A stretch of DNA of 64,000 nt from an uncultured Nitrososphaerota archaeon. Its GTDB lineage: Archaea; Thermoproteota; EX4484-205; JAAOZP01. The position numbers were made by a program, and so were the translations under genes. The stretch spans positions 32,001-96,000 of the forward strand of contig CAYQCW010000001.1 of the NCBI GenBank assembly GCA_964416155.1, in the 5' to 3' direction. The notes beneath the pieces were generated by a model. It was not told the origin of the DNA. It did no database searches and worked only from the letters and a program-made list of their open reading frames with translations. This document shows positions 1 through 10,007 of the stretch, in pieces (the first letter of the stretch is position 1; each line of letters starts with the position of its first letter).

Positions 1-893
1 GCAGTTTCCATCTCCCTGTTCTTGAAAACAGGCTTCTTGTCAAAGAGTCTTCCAAACTGCTCCGCTAACCATCTGACTGAAATAGTTTCAGGGCCAGTCA
101 CATTTATTATTTCTGGAGGCGACTTGCAGAGCTTCAGGGATTGAACCGCTATGTTGTTAACATCTCCCTGCCAGATAACATTAACGTAACCCATTTTCAA
201 GTCTACTGGGGAACCGTGGAACACTTTTTGAGCCACATCGAGCAAAACGCCGTATCTTAATTCCACCGCGTAATTCAGCCTTAAAAACACGATTTTAGTG
301 CTATATCTCCTGGAAAAATATTCGAAGATTCTTTCACGTCCTAGGCAGGATTGAGCATATTCTCCCACCGGATTAGGAATGGCCGATTCATCAGCACCTC
401 CCGAGGATACTGGAACTAGAGGATAGACATTTCCAGTGGAGAAGACCGTTATCCTGGAATTTCTGAATTTCTTCGAAACAATCGTTGGAAGGCAAGTATT
501 AATGGCCCATGTTAATGAGCTGTCTTCCTCCGTGCCGAATTTCCTGCCCACCATATAGATCACGTTTTGGGCGTCTGGAAGATTTTCCACAGCATCCTCA
601 TCCATTAAATCGCAAGAAACGGTTTCTATGCCAGCCTCATTCAGTTTTCCTCTTAATCCTGGATTTGAGAACCTCGATGCGCCGATAACGCTCTTTTCCA
701 GACGAGCATCATCTATGGCTCTTTTTACAAGCCTTGCTAACGTCGGTCCTATCTTTCCTGAAACACCGAGGATCAAAACGTCCCCATCAAGTTCCGAAAG
801 AACCTTAGCGGCTTTAGGCGATGGCCTAGACAATAATTCTTCGAGTTCATCCTCACTCCTTATAAGCTCTGGAAAGGGTTCATGCTCCTCCAA
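1..893 (-). CDS. NAD-dependent epimerase/dehydratase (extended SDR), 3' end outside window
   Basis: Not in ORF track because it runs off the edge. Manual translation from TTG at 893: MEEHEPFPELIRSEDELEELLSRPS...LILGVSGKIGPTLA (Rossmann GxxGxxG)...FSTGNVYP...GEYAQSCLGRERIF. Open to position 1. Confidence 0.85.
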   Translation of the reverse strand, partial: MEEHEPFPELIRSEDELEELLSRPSPKAAKVLSELDGDVLILGVSGKIGPTLARLVKRAIDDARLEKSVIGASRFSNPGLRGKLNEAGIETVSCDLMDEDAVENLPDAQNVIYMVGRKFGTEEDSSLTWAINTCLPTIVSKKFRNSRITVFSTGNVYPLVPVSSGGADESAIPNPVGEYAQSCLGRERIFEYFSRRYSTKIVFLRLNYAVELRYGVLLDVAQKVFHGSPVDLKMGYVNVIWQGDVNNIAVQSLKLCKSPPEIINVTGPETISVRWLAEQFGRLFDKKPVFKNREMET

Positions 894-975
894 GCGGTCA
901 CTACCAACCATTCTACCCAGAACTCATCATATCCCAGTGTCAGATATAAATGATGCGTTTCCCTAAAACCAAGTC

Positions 976-2916
976 ATGCGTCAACGAATAAGGAAAGTTT
1001 TAAAATATGGAGAGCGTTTAAAGAAAGCAGTGTTGGTAACCTACGTGGTAGATACCTCTAAAAGCCCGTATGCAAAGCTACGACCAGTACCCATTGAGAA
1101 CGTGGTTTTGAAGGAAGGTTTCTGGGCAGAGCGTATGAAAAAGCTTGAAGAAGTGACCATTCCCTCTCAATACGAACTTCTTGAAAGCACTGGTAGACTT
1201 TTCAATTTCAGAAGGGCAGCGAGAAAAGAGGCTGGTGGTTTTCAAGGATTAGTGTTTAACGATTCAGATGTTTACAAGTGGGTTGAGGCCGTCGGCTTCC
1301 TATTAGCTTCAGGCTTCGACGAGAAGCTTCACAGCCTGGTTGAGAAAGTTGTGAATGACATATATGCAGCTCAAGATGACGACGGTTACCTGAATACTTT
1401 CTTCACGTTTGAGAACAAGGCTCAACGCTGGACGAATCTCAGGGTTATGCACGAGCTGTATTGTGCTGGGCACCTGATTCAGGCTGCTGTCGCCCTGCGC
1501 AGAGCCACTGGCGACGAGAAGCTTTTCAACGCGGCAGTGCGTTTCGCAAACCATATATTGAGGGTCTTCGGGCCAGACGGGAGGCCTGGGACACCTGGAC
1601 ACCCCGAGATAGAGATGGCCATGGTTGAGCTGTACAGGGAGACTGGGGACTACAGATACTTGAACATGGCTAAAACATTCATAGATAATCGTGGAAAGGG
1701 AATCCTAGGCGGTGATGTCAACCTGATTGACCATAAGCCTTTCAGGCAGCTCGACGAGATCGTTGGGCACGCCGTAAGGTCGCTTTACTTGAATTGTGGT
1801 GCGACAGACCTGTACATGGAGACGGGGGAAAGGGAGATATGGAACGTTTTAGAAAAACTCTGGAGCAACATGGTTAAGTGTAAAATGTACGTTACGGGTG
1901 GGGTTGGCTCCTGTTACGATGGGGAAGCCTTCGGCTTCAACTATGAGCTGCCGAATGTTCAAGCATACGCTGAGACCTGTGCGGCAATAGCGAGCTTCAT
2001 GTGGAACTGGAGAATGTTTCTCGCAAGCGGAGAGGCAAGGTTCGTCGACGTGATGGAGCTTGCTCTTTACAATGGTATTTTAGCAGGAGTCTCGCTCGAC
2101 GGCAAAGAGTATTTCTACGTGAACCCGCTTGCAGACCGCGGTAAACACAGGCGGAGGAAATGGTTTGAATGCGCCTGTTGCCCGCCGAACGTGGCTAGGT
2201 TCATAGCCAGTCTCCCCGGCTACTTCTACAGTGTTTCTGAAGACGGCATCTGGGTGAACCTGTATGACGAGAATGTTGCCAACCTAGAGTTTGAAGGAAA
2301 TTTAATAAGGATCGTTCAAAATACTAATTATCCTTGGGATGGTAGGGTTGAAATAACCCTCAGCCTACAGCATGAGCACGCTTTCTCCATATATCTTCGA
2401 ATACCTGGTTGGAGCGGGAAGACGGAGGTAAGCTTAAACGGGTTGAAGATTGACGGGAACATTGAGCCAGGATACTACTACAGGCTTTGCAGAACCTGGA
2501 GAGACGGTGACAGAGTAGAGTTATCTTTTAAAATGGAGGTTAGGAAAATATTTTGCAACCCGCTTGTCTACGAGAACCTGGGTAGAGTGGCTTTAAGCAG
2601 GGGGCCCATAGTATACTGTCTAGAAGGGGTTGACAACGCTGGATTCGACGTCTGGGATCTTTTAATTACTGAGGATGCGGCGCTTCAGGCACAGTGGGCC
2701 CCAGACATGTTTGACGGGGTTATGGTGATAAGGGGAGAGGGATACGTGGCCGACTCGGATTGGAGCCAGGATCGCCTGTACCAGGCTTCAAAACCGGATG
2801 GCACGCGTAAAACAGGGTTTTTAGCAGTACCATACTATGCTTGGGCTAACCGTGAACCTTGCCCAATGAGCGTCTGGATCAGGCTAGTGCCAAAGCTCGG
2901 TAGTTTTGAAGGATGA
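976..2916 (+). CDS. GH127 beta-L-arabinofuranosidase-like glycoside hydrolase
   Basis: FNDSDVYKW, HELYCAGH, GHAVR, YAETCA, WFECACCPPN (Zn-Cys motif of HypBA1) and PYYAWANR. True start probably near 1030-1033 (GTG/TTG). Confidence 0.93.
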   Translation: MRQRIRKVLKYGERLKKAVLVTYVVDTSKSPYAKLRPVPIENVVLKEGFWAERMKKLEEVTIPSQYELLESTGRLFNFRRAARKEAGGFQGLVFNDSDVYKWVEAVGFLLASGFDEKLHSLVEKVVNDIYAAQDDDGYLNTFFTFENKAQRWTNLRVMHELYCAGHLIQAAVALRRATGDEKLFNAAVRFANHILRVFGPDGRPGTPGHPEIEMAMVELYRETGDYRYLNMAKTFIDNRGKGILGGDVNLIDHKPFRQLDEIVGHAVRSLYLNCGATDLYMETGEREIWNVLEKLWSNMVKCKMYVTGGVGSCYDGEAFGFNYELPNVQAYAETCAAIASFMWNWRMFLASGEARFVDVMELALYNGILAGVSLDGKEYFYVNPLADRGKHRRRKWFECACCPPNVARFIASLPGYFYSVSEDGIWVNLYDENVANLEFEGNLIRIVQNTNYPWDGRVEITLSLQHEHAFSIYLRIPGWSGKTEVSLNGLKIDGNIEPGYYYRLCRTWRDGDRVELSFKMEVRKIFCNPLVYENLGRVALSRGPIVYCLEGVDNAGFDVWDLLITEDAALQAQWAPDMFDGVMVIRGEGYVADSDWSQDRLYQASKPDGTRKTGFLAVPYYAWANREPCPMSVWIRLVPKLGSFEG

Positions 2917-2984
2917 CGCGCACCCTCTGGGAACAGGGCCCAGGGTTTGAGACTATCTTTTTATAAGACGGGGGAGAGGTAGTA

Positions 2985-5642
2985 GTGGAAATGCCCATGA
3001 GGGTTCACGTGGTTTCCCATACTCATTGGGACCGGGAATGGTACTTGTCCTTCCAGGAATACAGGGCTAGGCTGGTGAGGGTGATGGAAAAGACGTTGAA
3101 TCTTCTTGATGAAAACCCGGAGTTTAAAAGCTTCATGCTCGACGGTCAGGCCAGTATTCTCGAAGACTATTTAGAGGCTAGGCCTGAGGACGAGCAGAGG
3201 ATTAGGCGTCTCATCTCCTCGGGGAGGCTGAAAACGGGGCCATGGTTCACCCAGCCTGATGAAGCCCTGGTCAGCCCTGAAGCATTAGTCAGGAACCTCC
3301 TAATCGGGTGTAGGCTGTCTCTAAGCTTCGGAGGCCTTATGAAAGCAGGATATCTTCCAGATACCTTTTGCCATGTTCCGCAGATCCCCCAGATACTCCG
3401 CGGCTTCGGAATAGACAGCTTCGTCTTCACAAGAGGAATGGGGGACGAGGGAGAGAAGCTTAAGACAGAGTTCCTCTACAGAGGGCCGGATGGTAGCGAG
3501 GTTATTGCTATCCACCTTCTCACAGGGTATTGTAACGTGAACATGCTGGGCGTCTCCAGACCATGGGATGCTTACTACTGGCGGTCTCCACTCGGCTGGG
3601 GCACGATTCACCAGAAGATTTACGAGGAAGAGCCTGAGCCTGACCTCGAGGCTACTAGGCGGAGGGTTGTTAGCGTTGTAAACAGGCTTAAGCCGCTTAG
3701 CGTGAGCGGCAGCATCCTGCTTATGAACGGGTGTGACCACATGCCGCCGCAATCAAGCATAACGAGGATAATAGGTTTTCTAAACGAGGTGGAAAAAGAT
3801 ATTGTGGCTGAGCATTCAGACATTGAGAATTATTTAGAAGAGGTTAGGAGGCACTTGTCGAGCCTGCAGGTTTTCGAGGGAGAGCTTAGGGGTGCACGCT
3901 TCTTCCCAACGCTGGCAGGCGTATACTCGACACGCATCTATCTCAAGCAGCTGAACTTCAAGGCTCAGGCTGAGCTGGAGCAGTATGCTGAACCACTATC
4001 CATTTTCGCCAAGATCCTTACAGGGGCAGCCTATCCCGACGGGCTCTTAAACAGGCTGTGGAAGAGCCTGCTACTGAACCATGCGCATGACAGTATCTAC
4101 GGCAGTGGGGTGGACCATGTGCACAACGAGAACGAAGCCAGGTTCGTCAGCGTCATACAGGGTGCTTCAAGCCTGGCGCTTCAAGCAGCGTCAACAGTGG
4201 CGAGGCTGGTTTCAAGGCCTAGGGCGGACTCGCTAGCGGAAATAGTTGTCTTCAACACGCTCAACTGGCCGAGGTCTGAACCAGTCTCAGTGGTTGTGCC
4301 ATTGCCCCTAGACAATTATGTGGTTCACGATGGGGATCATGAGGTTCCCACACACGTGTCCCAGCCTCCTGAGGACGCGTCTACCTGGGGGGCTGCGTGT
4401 ACAGTCGAGTTCACCGCAAGCCTCCCACCCTTGGGCTACAGGGTTTACTCCCTGGTCAAGGGTGAGCCATTAGCCTGCGAGGAGCTTGAGACAGGTGATT
4501 TTTACGTTGAAAACTCGCTCATAAGGGTTGAAGCAGACCCTGAAAAAGGAGGCGTGCTGAGGATTGTTGAGAAGGATACGGGCAGAATTCTAGAGGGCAT
4601 TAACTTCATGGACGAGGGTGACGCTGGGGACGAGTATAATTTCTCGCCTCCAGTTGAGCATAACCCGGTCTTCTCAAGCCTAGAAACGCAGGCTCAGGTT
4701 GAGACGCGCAACCTTGGGACGAGGGCGTTAATGAGAATCAGTCTTAAGATACTGATACCTGCCCGCCTAGAGGGTCAGCGGAGAAGCGTTGAAAAAGTCG
4801 AGATGCCTGTTTCAACAGAGGTTTCAATAATACCTGGCTCGAGGAGGATTGACTTCAAGACCGAGGTCGACAACAGGGCGATGGACCACAGGCTTAGAGT
4901 AGCATTCCAAACAGACATAGAGGCTGAAAAGTCTTACGCTGACTATCACTACCAGGTTATTGAGAGACCAGTTGAGCCTGCTAGCAGCGGGGAGAACTGG
5001 GTGGAAAACCCACCGACGGCTCATCCTCAGCTCCAATGGGTTAACGTTAACGACGACTTGAAAGGCTTCACGGTGGCTAACAGGGGGATTCCAGAATACG
5101 AGGTTAGGAGGAGCCGGGGAGGAGCAATAGTTTACCTTACGCTTCTCAGGGCTGTGGGCTGGCTTTCAAGAAGCGACCTGGCTACGAGAAGGGGCCCCGC
5201 TGGCCCGGGTCTCCCTACTCTGGGAGCCCAGTGCCTTAGGAGAATGGTTTTCGAATACTCCGTAATACTTCACGAAGACAGCTGGCTCGGTTCGAAAGCA
5301 TACGTGCAGGCCAGGGGTTTCGCATACCCGCCTCTCAGTATTCCGGTTTTAAACCCTGAGGGGAGAATGCCGATGCGGTTGAGCCTTATGAAGGTTGAGC
5401 CTGAGAAACTCGTCGCCACCGCAGTCAAGAAGTGGGAAGACGGGGATGGGCTCGTATTAAGGTTCTACAACATGAGTGGTGAAACTTTAACCGGCAGTGT
5501 TGAAACATCGTTCCCATTCTCAGAGGCTTGGAAAACAAACCTTAACGAGCAGCCGGTTACGAGGGTTGAAAATTTTGAGAACAAGGTGTTGCTTAATGCT
5601 GGGCCCTGGGAAATAGTGACGTTGCTTTTAAAAACAGGTTGA
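2985..5642 (+). CDS. GH38 alpha-mannosidase (MngB-like)
   Basis: HTHWDREWY, LDGQ, YLPDTF, NGCDH, HAHDSIYG and TLLRAVGWLSRSDL motifs. Confidence 0.93.
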   Translation: MEMPMRVHVVSHTHWDREWYLSFQEYRARLVRVMEKTLNLLDENPEFKSFMLDGQASILEDYLEARPEDEQRIRRLISSGRLKTGPWFTQPDEALVSPEALVRNLLIGCRLSLSFGGLMKAGYLPDTFCHVPQIPQILRGFGIDSFVFTRGMGDEGEKLKTEFLYRGPDGSEVIAIHLLTGYCNVNMLGVSRPWDAYYWRSPLGWGTIHQKIYEEEPEPDLEATRRRVVSVVNRLKPLSVSGSILLMNGCDHMPPQSSITRIIGFLNEVEKDIVAEHSDIENYLEEVRRHLSSLQVFEGELRGARFFPTLAGVYSTRIYLKQLNFKAQAELEQYAEPLSIFAKILTGAAYPDGLLNRLWKSLLLNHAHDSIYGSGVDHVHNENEARFVSVIQGASSLALQAASTVARLVSRPRADSLAEIVVFNTLNWPRSEPVSVVVPLPLDNYVVHDGDHEVPTHVSQPPEDASTWGAACTVEFTASLPPLGYRVYSLVKGEPLACEELETGDFYVENSLIRVEADPEKGGVLRIVEKDTGRILEGINFMDEGDAGDEYNFSPPVEHNPVFSSLETQAQVETRNLGTRALMRISLKILIPARLEGQRRSVEKVEMPVSTEVSIIPGSRRIDFKTEVDNRAMDHRLRVAFQTDIEAEKSYADYHYQVIERPVEPASSGENWVENPPTAHPQLQWVNVNDDLKGFTVANRGIPEYEVRRSRGGAIVYLTLLRAVGWLSRSDLATRRGPAGPGLPTLGAQCLRRMVFEYSVILHEDSWLGSKAYVQARGFAYPPLSIPVLNPEGRMPMRLSLMKVEPEKLVATAVKKWEDGDGLVLRFYNMSGETLTGSVETSFPFSEAWKTNLNEQPVTRVENFENKVLLNAGPWEIVTLLLKTG

Positions 5643-5678
5643 AAGACAGCCGGCGGATAAGCGTGTAAAACGGTTTTG

Positions 5679-6566
5679 CTACTCTTCTGTTCTAAGCCTA
5701 GGGTTAAACACTTCTTCAAGAGCTGACGATATTAGGACTAGGCCCGTCTGGAGCAGAACTATGCATACGATGGGGGAGAAGAGGTAAATCCATGCTTTCG
5801 GGTTGAGTAGCGCGCTATCAGCCATTGCAATGTTTATCATGACACCCCAGTTTACGGAGGTGAATCTCAGAATCCCCAGAGAGAAAAGTATCACTTGAGA
5901 ATATATGGCGCCGGTGAGCGCTAGGAAGAAGTTCATCACCAAGTATGGCATCAGGTTGGGTATTATTTCTCTGAAGATTATGTGGAGACTACCTAGGTTC
6001 AGGCACCTAGCCGCCTCTATGAACGGCCTTTCTCTGAGAGCAAGCACCTGAGACCTGATTGCCCTAGCAGTACCCGGCCACTGGACGACGCCTATTATGA
6101 GCGAGACTTCAAACAGGGTTAGCTCCCTGCCAGCCGGGAGTATTGCAGCTATGAGCAGTAGGAGCGGGTATTGTGGAAGTATTAGGAATATTTCGGTAAT
6201 CCTCATCAGCACCTCGTCGAACAGGCCGCCCAGCATGCCGGATGAAACACCTATGACGGTAGCGATGAATATGGTTACTACGCCGGTTAACGTGGCGATG
6301 GTCAAAGCATCCCGGGAGCCGTTTATTATCTGCATAAGCACATCCCTCCCATACGGGTCTGTGCCTAAAGGATGCTGCCAGGAAGGCTGGAGATACCTTT
6401 TCGCAGGGTAAGCCCTGATGTCTAGAGGGAAGAAGAAAGGACCGATAAGCGCCATGAGTGTAAAGAAAACAACTATTATTAGGCCCGCCATTGCTGTAGG
6501 CCTCCTCCTGAACACTTTTAAAGCATATTTTAACCGTTTAAACAGCCCTGATTTCCCACTGATCAA
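5679..6566 (-). CDS. dppC: Dpp/Opp-type ABC transporter permease (DppC-like)
   Basis: HPLGTDPYGRDV and EAA loop FIEAARCLN, multiple TM segments. Confidence 0.92.
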   Translation of the reverse strand: MISGKSGLFKRLKYALKVFRRRPTAMAGLIIVVFFTLMALIGPFFFPLDIRAYPAKRYLQPSWQHPLGTDPYGRDVLMQIINGSRDALTIATLTGVVTIFIATVIGVSSGMLGGLFDEVLMRITEIFLILPQYPLLLLIAAILPAGRELTLFEVSLIIGVVQWPGTARAIRSQVLALRERPFIEAARCLNLGSLHIIFREIIPNLMPYLVMNFFLALTGAIYSQVILFSLGILRFTSVNWGVMINIAMADSALLNPKAWIYLFSPIVCIVLLQTGLVLISSALEEVFNPRLRTEE

Positions 6567-6578
6567 TTCTCCTCACCC

Positions 6579-7568
6579 CTATTCAAATCTTATCCTTGGA
6601 TCAAGCCTGCTGTAAAGCAGGTCGGCGAGAAGGTTGCCCAGTATGGTAGCGACGGAAGTTATGAGGAAGCATCCTGTTACCAGAGGATAGTCCCTCATCG
6701 AAACCCCGATGGTGAGAAACCTGCCGACGCCAGGGTATAGGAAAAGGTTTTCGATGAGAAGCGCACCTCCGAACATGAACCCCAAGGATATTGCGAACCG
6801 GGTGAACAATGGAAGCACCGCGTTCCTCCCCACGTATGTTGTGACTATCCTTCTATCCTTCAAACCCCGTGCTTCAGCAGCAGTCACGTAGTACTCCCCT
6901 AGAACCGAGATCGTGCTGCTCTTCATCATGAGAACCCAAGACCCTATGCTCGTAAGAACGTACGTCAGGACCGGTAGAGCAGCGTGGCGTAGTACGCTCG
7001 TGATGAACTCTAGGTTAAACTTTGAAGGGTCTACCCTCGGACCGTATGGGCCCAATTCCTTCGGAAACCATCCTAACTGTATTGCTAAACCCCATATTAG
7101 GAAGAAGCCGAGGATGTTTTGAGGCATGGCAGTGGTAATCGAGGAGTAGAAAGACATTATCTTGTCAAGCAGAGAACCTCTTTTGTAAGCTATGTACATT
7201 CCTATTACGATCCCCAGGAGGAAGCTTATCACGAGCGATATTGACAGGGAGAAGACTGTCCAAGGAATAGCGTAGCCAAGTATTCTCGTAATGGGTTGAG
7301 CAAGCGTGAACGAGTATCCGAAGTCCCCCCTCAGAATCCCTTTTAAGAAATCTATATATTGCTCGTGAAGAGGAGCCGTCGGGACGAAGGGAACCATCAT
7401 TAAGACCCTTGACAAAGCCTCTTCGTACGAATACCCTAGTGAAAGGTAGTAGTTAATCATCAAATCCACGGGATTTCCTGGAATAACCCTGTAGAGGAAG
7501 AAGGTTATCGTTAAGGCGCAGAATAGGGTTATAACGGATAGAACTGCCTTCCTAACTATCCACCTCAT
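6579..7568 (-). CDS. dppB: Dpp/Opp-type ABC transporter permease (DppB-like)
   Basis: IPGNP, GDFGYS, YVTAAEARGL, RNAVLP, DYPLV and LDPRI. Confidence 0.92.
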   Translation of the reverse strand: MRWIVRKAVLSVITLFCALTITFFLYRVIPGNPVDLMINYYLSLGYSYEEALSRVLMMVPFVPTAPLHEQYIDFLKGILRGDFGYSFTLAQPITRILGYAIPWTVFSLSISLVISFLLGIVIGMYIAYKRGSLLDKIMSFYSSITTAMPQNILGFFLIWGLAIQLGWFPKELGPYGPRVDPSKFNLEFITSVLRHAALPVLTYVLTSIGSWVLMMKSSTISVLGEYYVTAAEARGLKDRRIVTTYVGRNAVLPLFTRFAISLGFMFGGALLIENLFLYPGVGRFLTIGVSMRDYPLVTGCFLITSVATILGNLLADLLYSRLDPRIRFE

Positions 7569-7577
7569 TTACACTAG

Positions 7578-7612
7578 GGAGGAAAAAGGGGGTAAAAAAA
7601 GTTTTCTGACGA
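7578..7612 (-). terminator. Oligo-T archaeal terminator-like tract downstream of dppA
   Basis: Minus strand reads ...CTTTTTTTACCCCCTTTTTCCTCC directly after the dppA stop. Confidence 0.5.
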
Positions 7613-7622
7613 GCGGGTTTAG

Positions 7623-9914
7623 CTACTTACCTCTCCTCTTAAGGAGGAAGTAGGCTGCAGCCGCTATTATCGCTATGACTAAGACTATGCCTACGTACAT
7701 CTCATAGGGTATTCTTGTGAACACTGCCTTAACCGTGTGATCAGCATCCATCCTTATTGTCAACGTGGTACTGGTTCCAGCCGGAGAACCATCTACCTCC
7801 CACCTCTCGAAGTTGTATCCGCTTGAAGGAGTAGCAGTTATAGTGACTGTTTGACCAGTTTCATACTCGTGTGAGCCGGGAGCGATGCTGAGCGTCCCTC
7901 CCTCCACAGGCAGAACCGTAAGCGTCTTGTAGAGTATTGCGCTGAAGACTGCTTTAACCCTGCGAGACTTATCCATCTTTATTGTTAACGTTTCATTGGT
8001 TCCAGCTGGTGAGCCGTCGATCTCCCATCTCGCAAACCTGTAGCGGCTTGCAGGAGTAGCAGTGATAGTGACTGTGTCACCCTTGCCGTATTCATAACGT
8101 CCGGGGGGGATGCTAAGTGTTCCACCAACCACGCTTTCAATCGTCAGGTTAACCTTTGGCTTAAGCCAGCCGAAAGCGAACAATGGTCTCAGGCCGTGAA
8201 GCTCGTAGGAGCCTAGGCCGTTCCAGTATCCTGGGTCGGTTGGGAAGACGAACCTCTTATCCATGAGTATTACCACCGCGGGCTGGTAAAGGTTTATGAC
8301 CGGGACCTGGTCCCCAGTTATGTAGGATAGCGTGGAGTATATCTCGGTTAATTGAGCCTTGCTAATCTGGGCTGGGAACAAGTTTATGTCCAGCGCTAGC
8401 TTCGTAACGTTAACACGCTGAGTCTTCCAGGGCACAGAGTGCATCCGGCCCCAAGTTTTCGCAGGGTCGTGGCCGGCATATAGGGCTATGTACTTATGGT
8501 AGTACTCGTCGAACGAGAATCCGGGTGAGCCGTAGACTCCTCCAGTAAGGTCGTAAGCACCCCTGTAGAACACGTCTGTCCAAACAGCGGAGTCGACGAC
8601 CTGAACGTTAATCTTTATGCCGACCTTCTCCAGCTGAGCCTTCAGGTTCTCAGCCGCGGGCGCGTTGATCCATGTTCCACCGGTGGTCAGTGTGAACTCA
8701 AGCCTCGTGCCGTTGGGCGTGACGTATACTCCGTCAGCACCCCTCTTGAAGCCTAGGCCCTGCAGGATCTGCTCAGCCTTAGCAGGGTTATACTCGTACT
8801 TGAAGTCTTTAAGCCACTTGTCTATGAAGCTCTGGTTCAAGAATCTCGTCAAGTCCGGCACGTGGAAGCCTATCACGTACGCGGAGGGGACGCATCCACC
8901 AGTATACTGGACCCAGCCCACCTCGCTCCTGTTTATCGCGTAGGCTAAAGCACGCCTCACTTCCACGACGCTCAACGGGTACTTAGCCTTGTTAATGTAG
9001 AGGGTTACACCGACAGGCCTAGGTATCCTAATAGTCCAAGCATACGGGTTCTCTGTTACTAGCCTCCGCACCAAGTCGGGGCTAGGCGAAATGGCCCAGA
9101 CGTAATGGGCCTCACCCCTTATCAACGCTTCCCACAGCAGGTCTGACGTAGCATACCTTACCAAGCGTATCTCGTCTATCGGGGGCTTGCCGTTCCAGTA
9201 GTTTTCGAAGGCTTCGAGCACTATCATCGTCTCAGTGACGCTCTTAATCTTGTAGGGGCCGCAGCCTGTTACTGTTTCAGGCCTAAACTGGTTCAGCTCG
9301 TTAATAAGGTCTTGGAAGTCCTCTGTCTTCGCGAAAATGTCCTTACCCTCCTTTATTCTCTGCTGAACCTTATCAGAGATGCTCCCGTATTGAGTATAGG
9401 AGACTATCATCCAGTGCCATAGTATGTAGAACACCGGGTAATCTGTCTTCTCCTTGAAGGTGAACTTTATCGTGTAGTCGTCGATGACCTGAACATCCTT
9501 AATATAGTACCATAGCCTGTCCTTAAGAAGGTAGACGCAGTATAGTGTTGCCAGAACATCCTTGTATGTCAGCTCATGGCCGTCGTGGAACTTAACCCCC
9601 TTCCTCAGCTTAACCTGGAACCACATGTAGTCCGGGTCAAGTTGCCAGTTCTCCGCGACACAAGGTATGTAGGTGCCGTTAGCAGCGAAGTAGTGTGTCA
9701 TAAGCTCGAAAATCCAGTCGAAAACCCCAATACTGCCGCCTATGAAATAGTTGAAGTGTCCGACAGGAGGCGGGTTGTAGCCGAAGGGTCTGATCCAAAT
9801 CGACTTCTCCTCCTGAGCAGTAACGGTCTTGATGGGTGTGAAAGATTGTGGAGCCATGCTTATTAAAAGCATGATGCAGATCAATCCTGATGCAAGTATT
9901 CGCCATGCTTTCAT
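7623..9914 (-). CDS. dppA: ABC solute-binding protein (SBP family 5) with two C-terminal InlB-B-repeat-like domains and a C-terminal TM anchor
   Basis: N-terminal signal peptide; LRKGVKFHDG, GCGPY, VRRALAYAINR; tandem 71-aa repeats; hydrophobic tail ending KRRGK. Confidence 0.9.
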   Translation of the reverse strand: MKAWRILASGLICIMLLISMAPQSFTPIKTVTAQEEKSIWIRPFGYNPPPVGHFNYFIGGSIGVFDWIFELMTHYFAANGTYIPCVAENWQLDPDYMWFQVKLRKGVKFHDGHELTYKDVLATLYCVYLLKDRLWYYIKDVQVIDDYTIKFTFKEKTDYPVFYILWHWMIVSYTQYGSISDKVQQRIKEGKDIFAKTEDFQDLINELNQFRPETVTGCGPYKIKSVTETMIVLEAFENYWNGKPPIDEIRLVRYATSDLLWEALIRGEAHYVWAISPSPDLVRRLVTENPYAWTIRIPRPVGVTLYINKAKYPLSVVEVRRALAYAINRSEVGWVQYTGGCVPSAYVIGFHVPDLTRFLNQSFIDKWLKDFKYEYNPAKAEQILQGLGFKRGADGVYVTPNGTRLEFTLTTGGTWINAPAAENLKAQLEKVGIKINVQVVDSAVWTDVFYRGAYDLTGGVYGSPGFSFDEYYHKYIALYAGHDPAKTWGRMHSVPWKTQRVNVTKLALDINLFPAQISKAQLTEIYSTLSYITGDQVPVINLYQPAVVILMDKRFVFPTDPGYWNGLGSYELHGLRPLFAFGWLKPKVNLTIESVVGGTLSIPPGRYEYGKGDTVTITATPASRYRFARWEIDGSPAGTNETLTIKMDKSRRVKAVFSAILYKTLTVLPVEGGTLSIAPGSHEYETGQTVTITATPSSGYNFERWEVDGSPAGTSTTLTIRMDADHTVKAVFTRIPYEMYVGIVLVIAIIAAAAYFLLKRRGK
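7716..8153 (-). repeat. Two tandem ~71-aa coding repeats (8153-7941 and 7928-7716), divergent InlB B-repeat/Flg_new_2-like
   Basis: GGTLSIPPG..YEYGKGDTVTITATP...YRFARWEIDGSPAGT...LTIKMD...VKAVF versus GGTLSIAPG..HEYETGQTVTITATP...YNFERWEVDGSPAGT...LTIRMD...VKAVF. Confidence 0.85.
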
Positions 9915-9945
9915 ACCATTTCACCAAAATAGGGAGGATTAGGGT

Positions 9946-9974
9946 CCTATATAAAGGTTTATCCCTATAAAGGT
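9946..9974 (-). promoter_or_regulatory. Internal TATA promoter for dppA with a duplicated 9-mer
   Basis: Minus strand TTTATATA at about 9955-9948 and a GGTGA SD-like sequence before ATG 9914. TATAAAGGT occurs at 9950 and 9966. Confidence 0.5.
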
Positions 9975-10007
9975 CTATTTTCATTAAGAAACAAGAATTC
10001 TTAGTAG

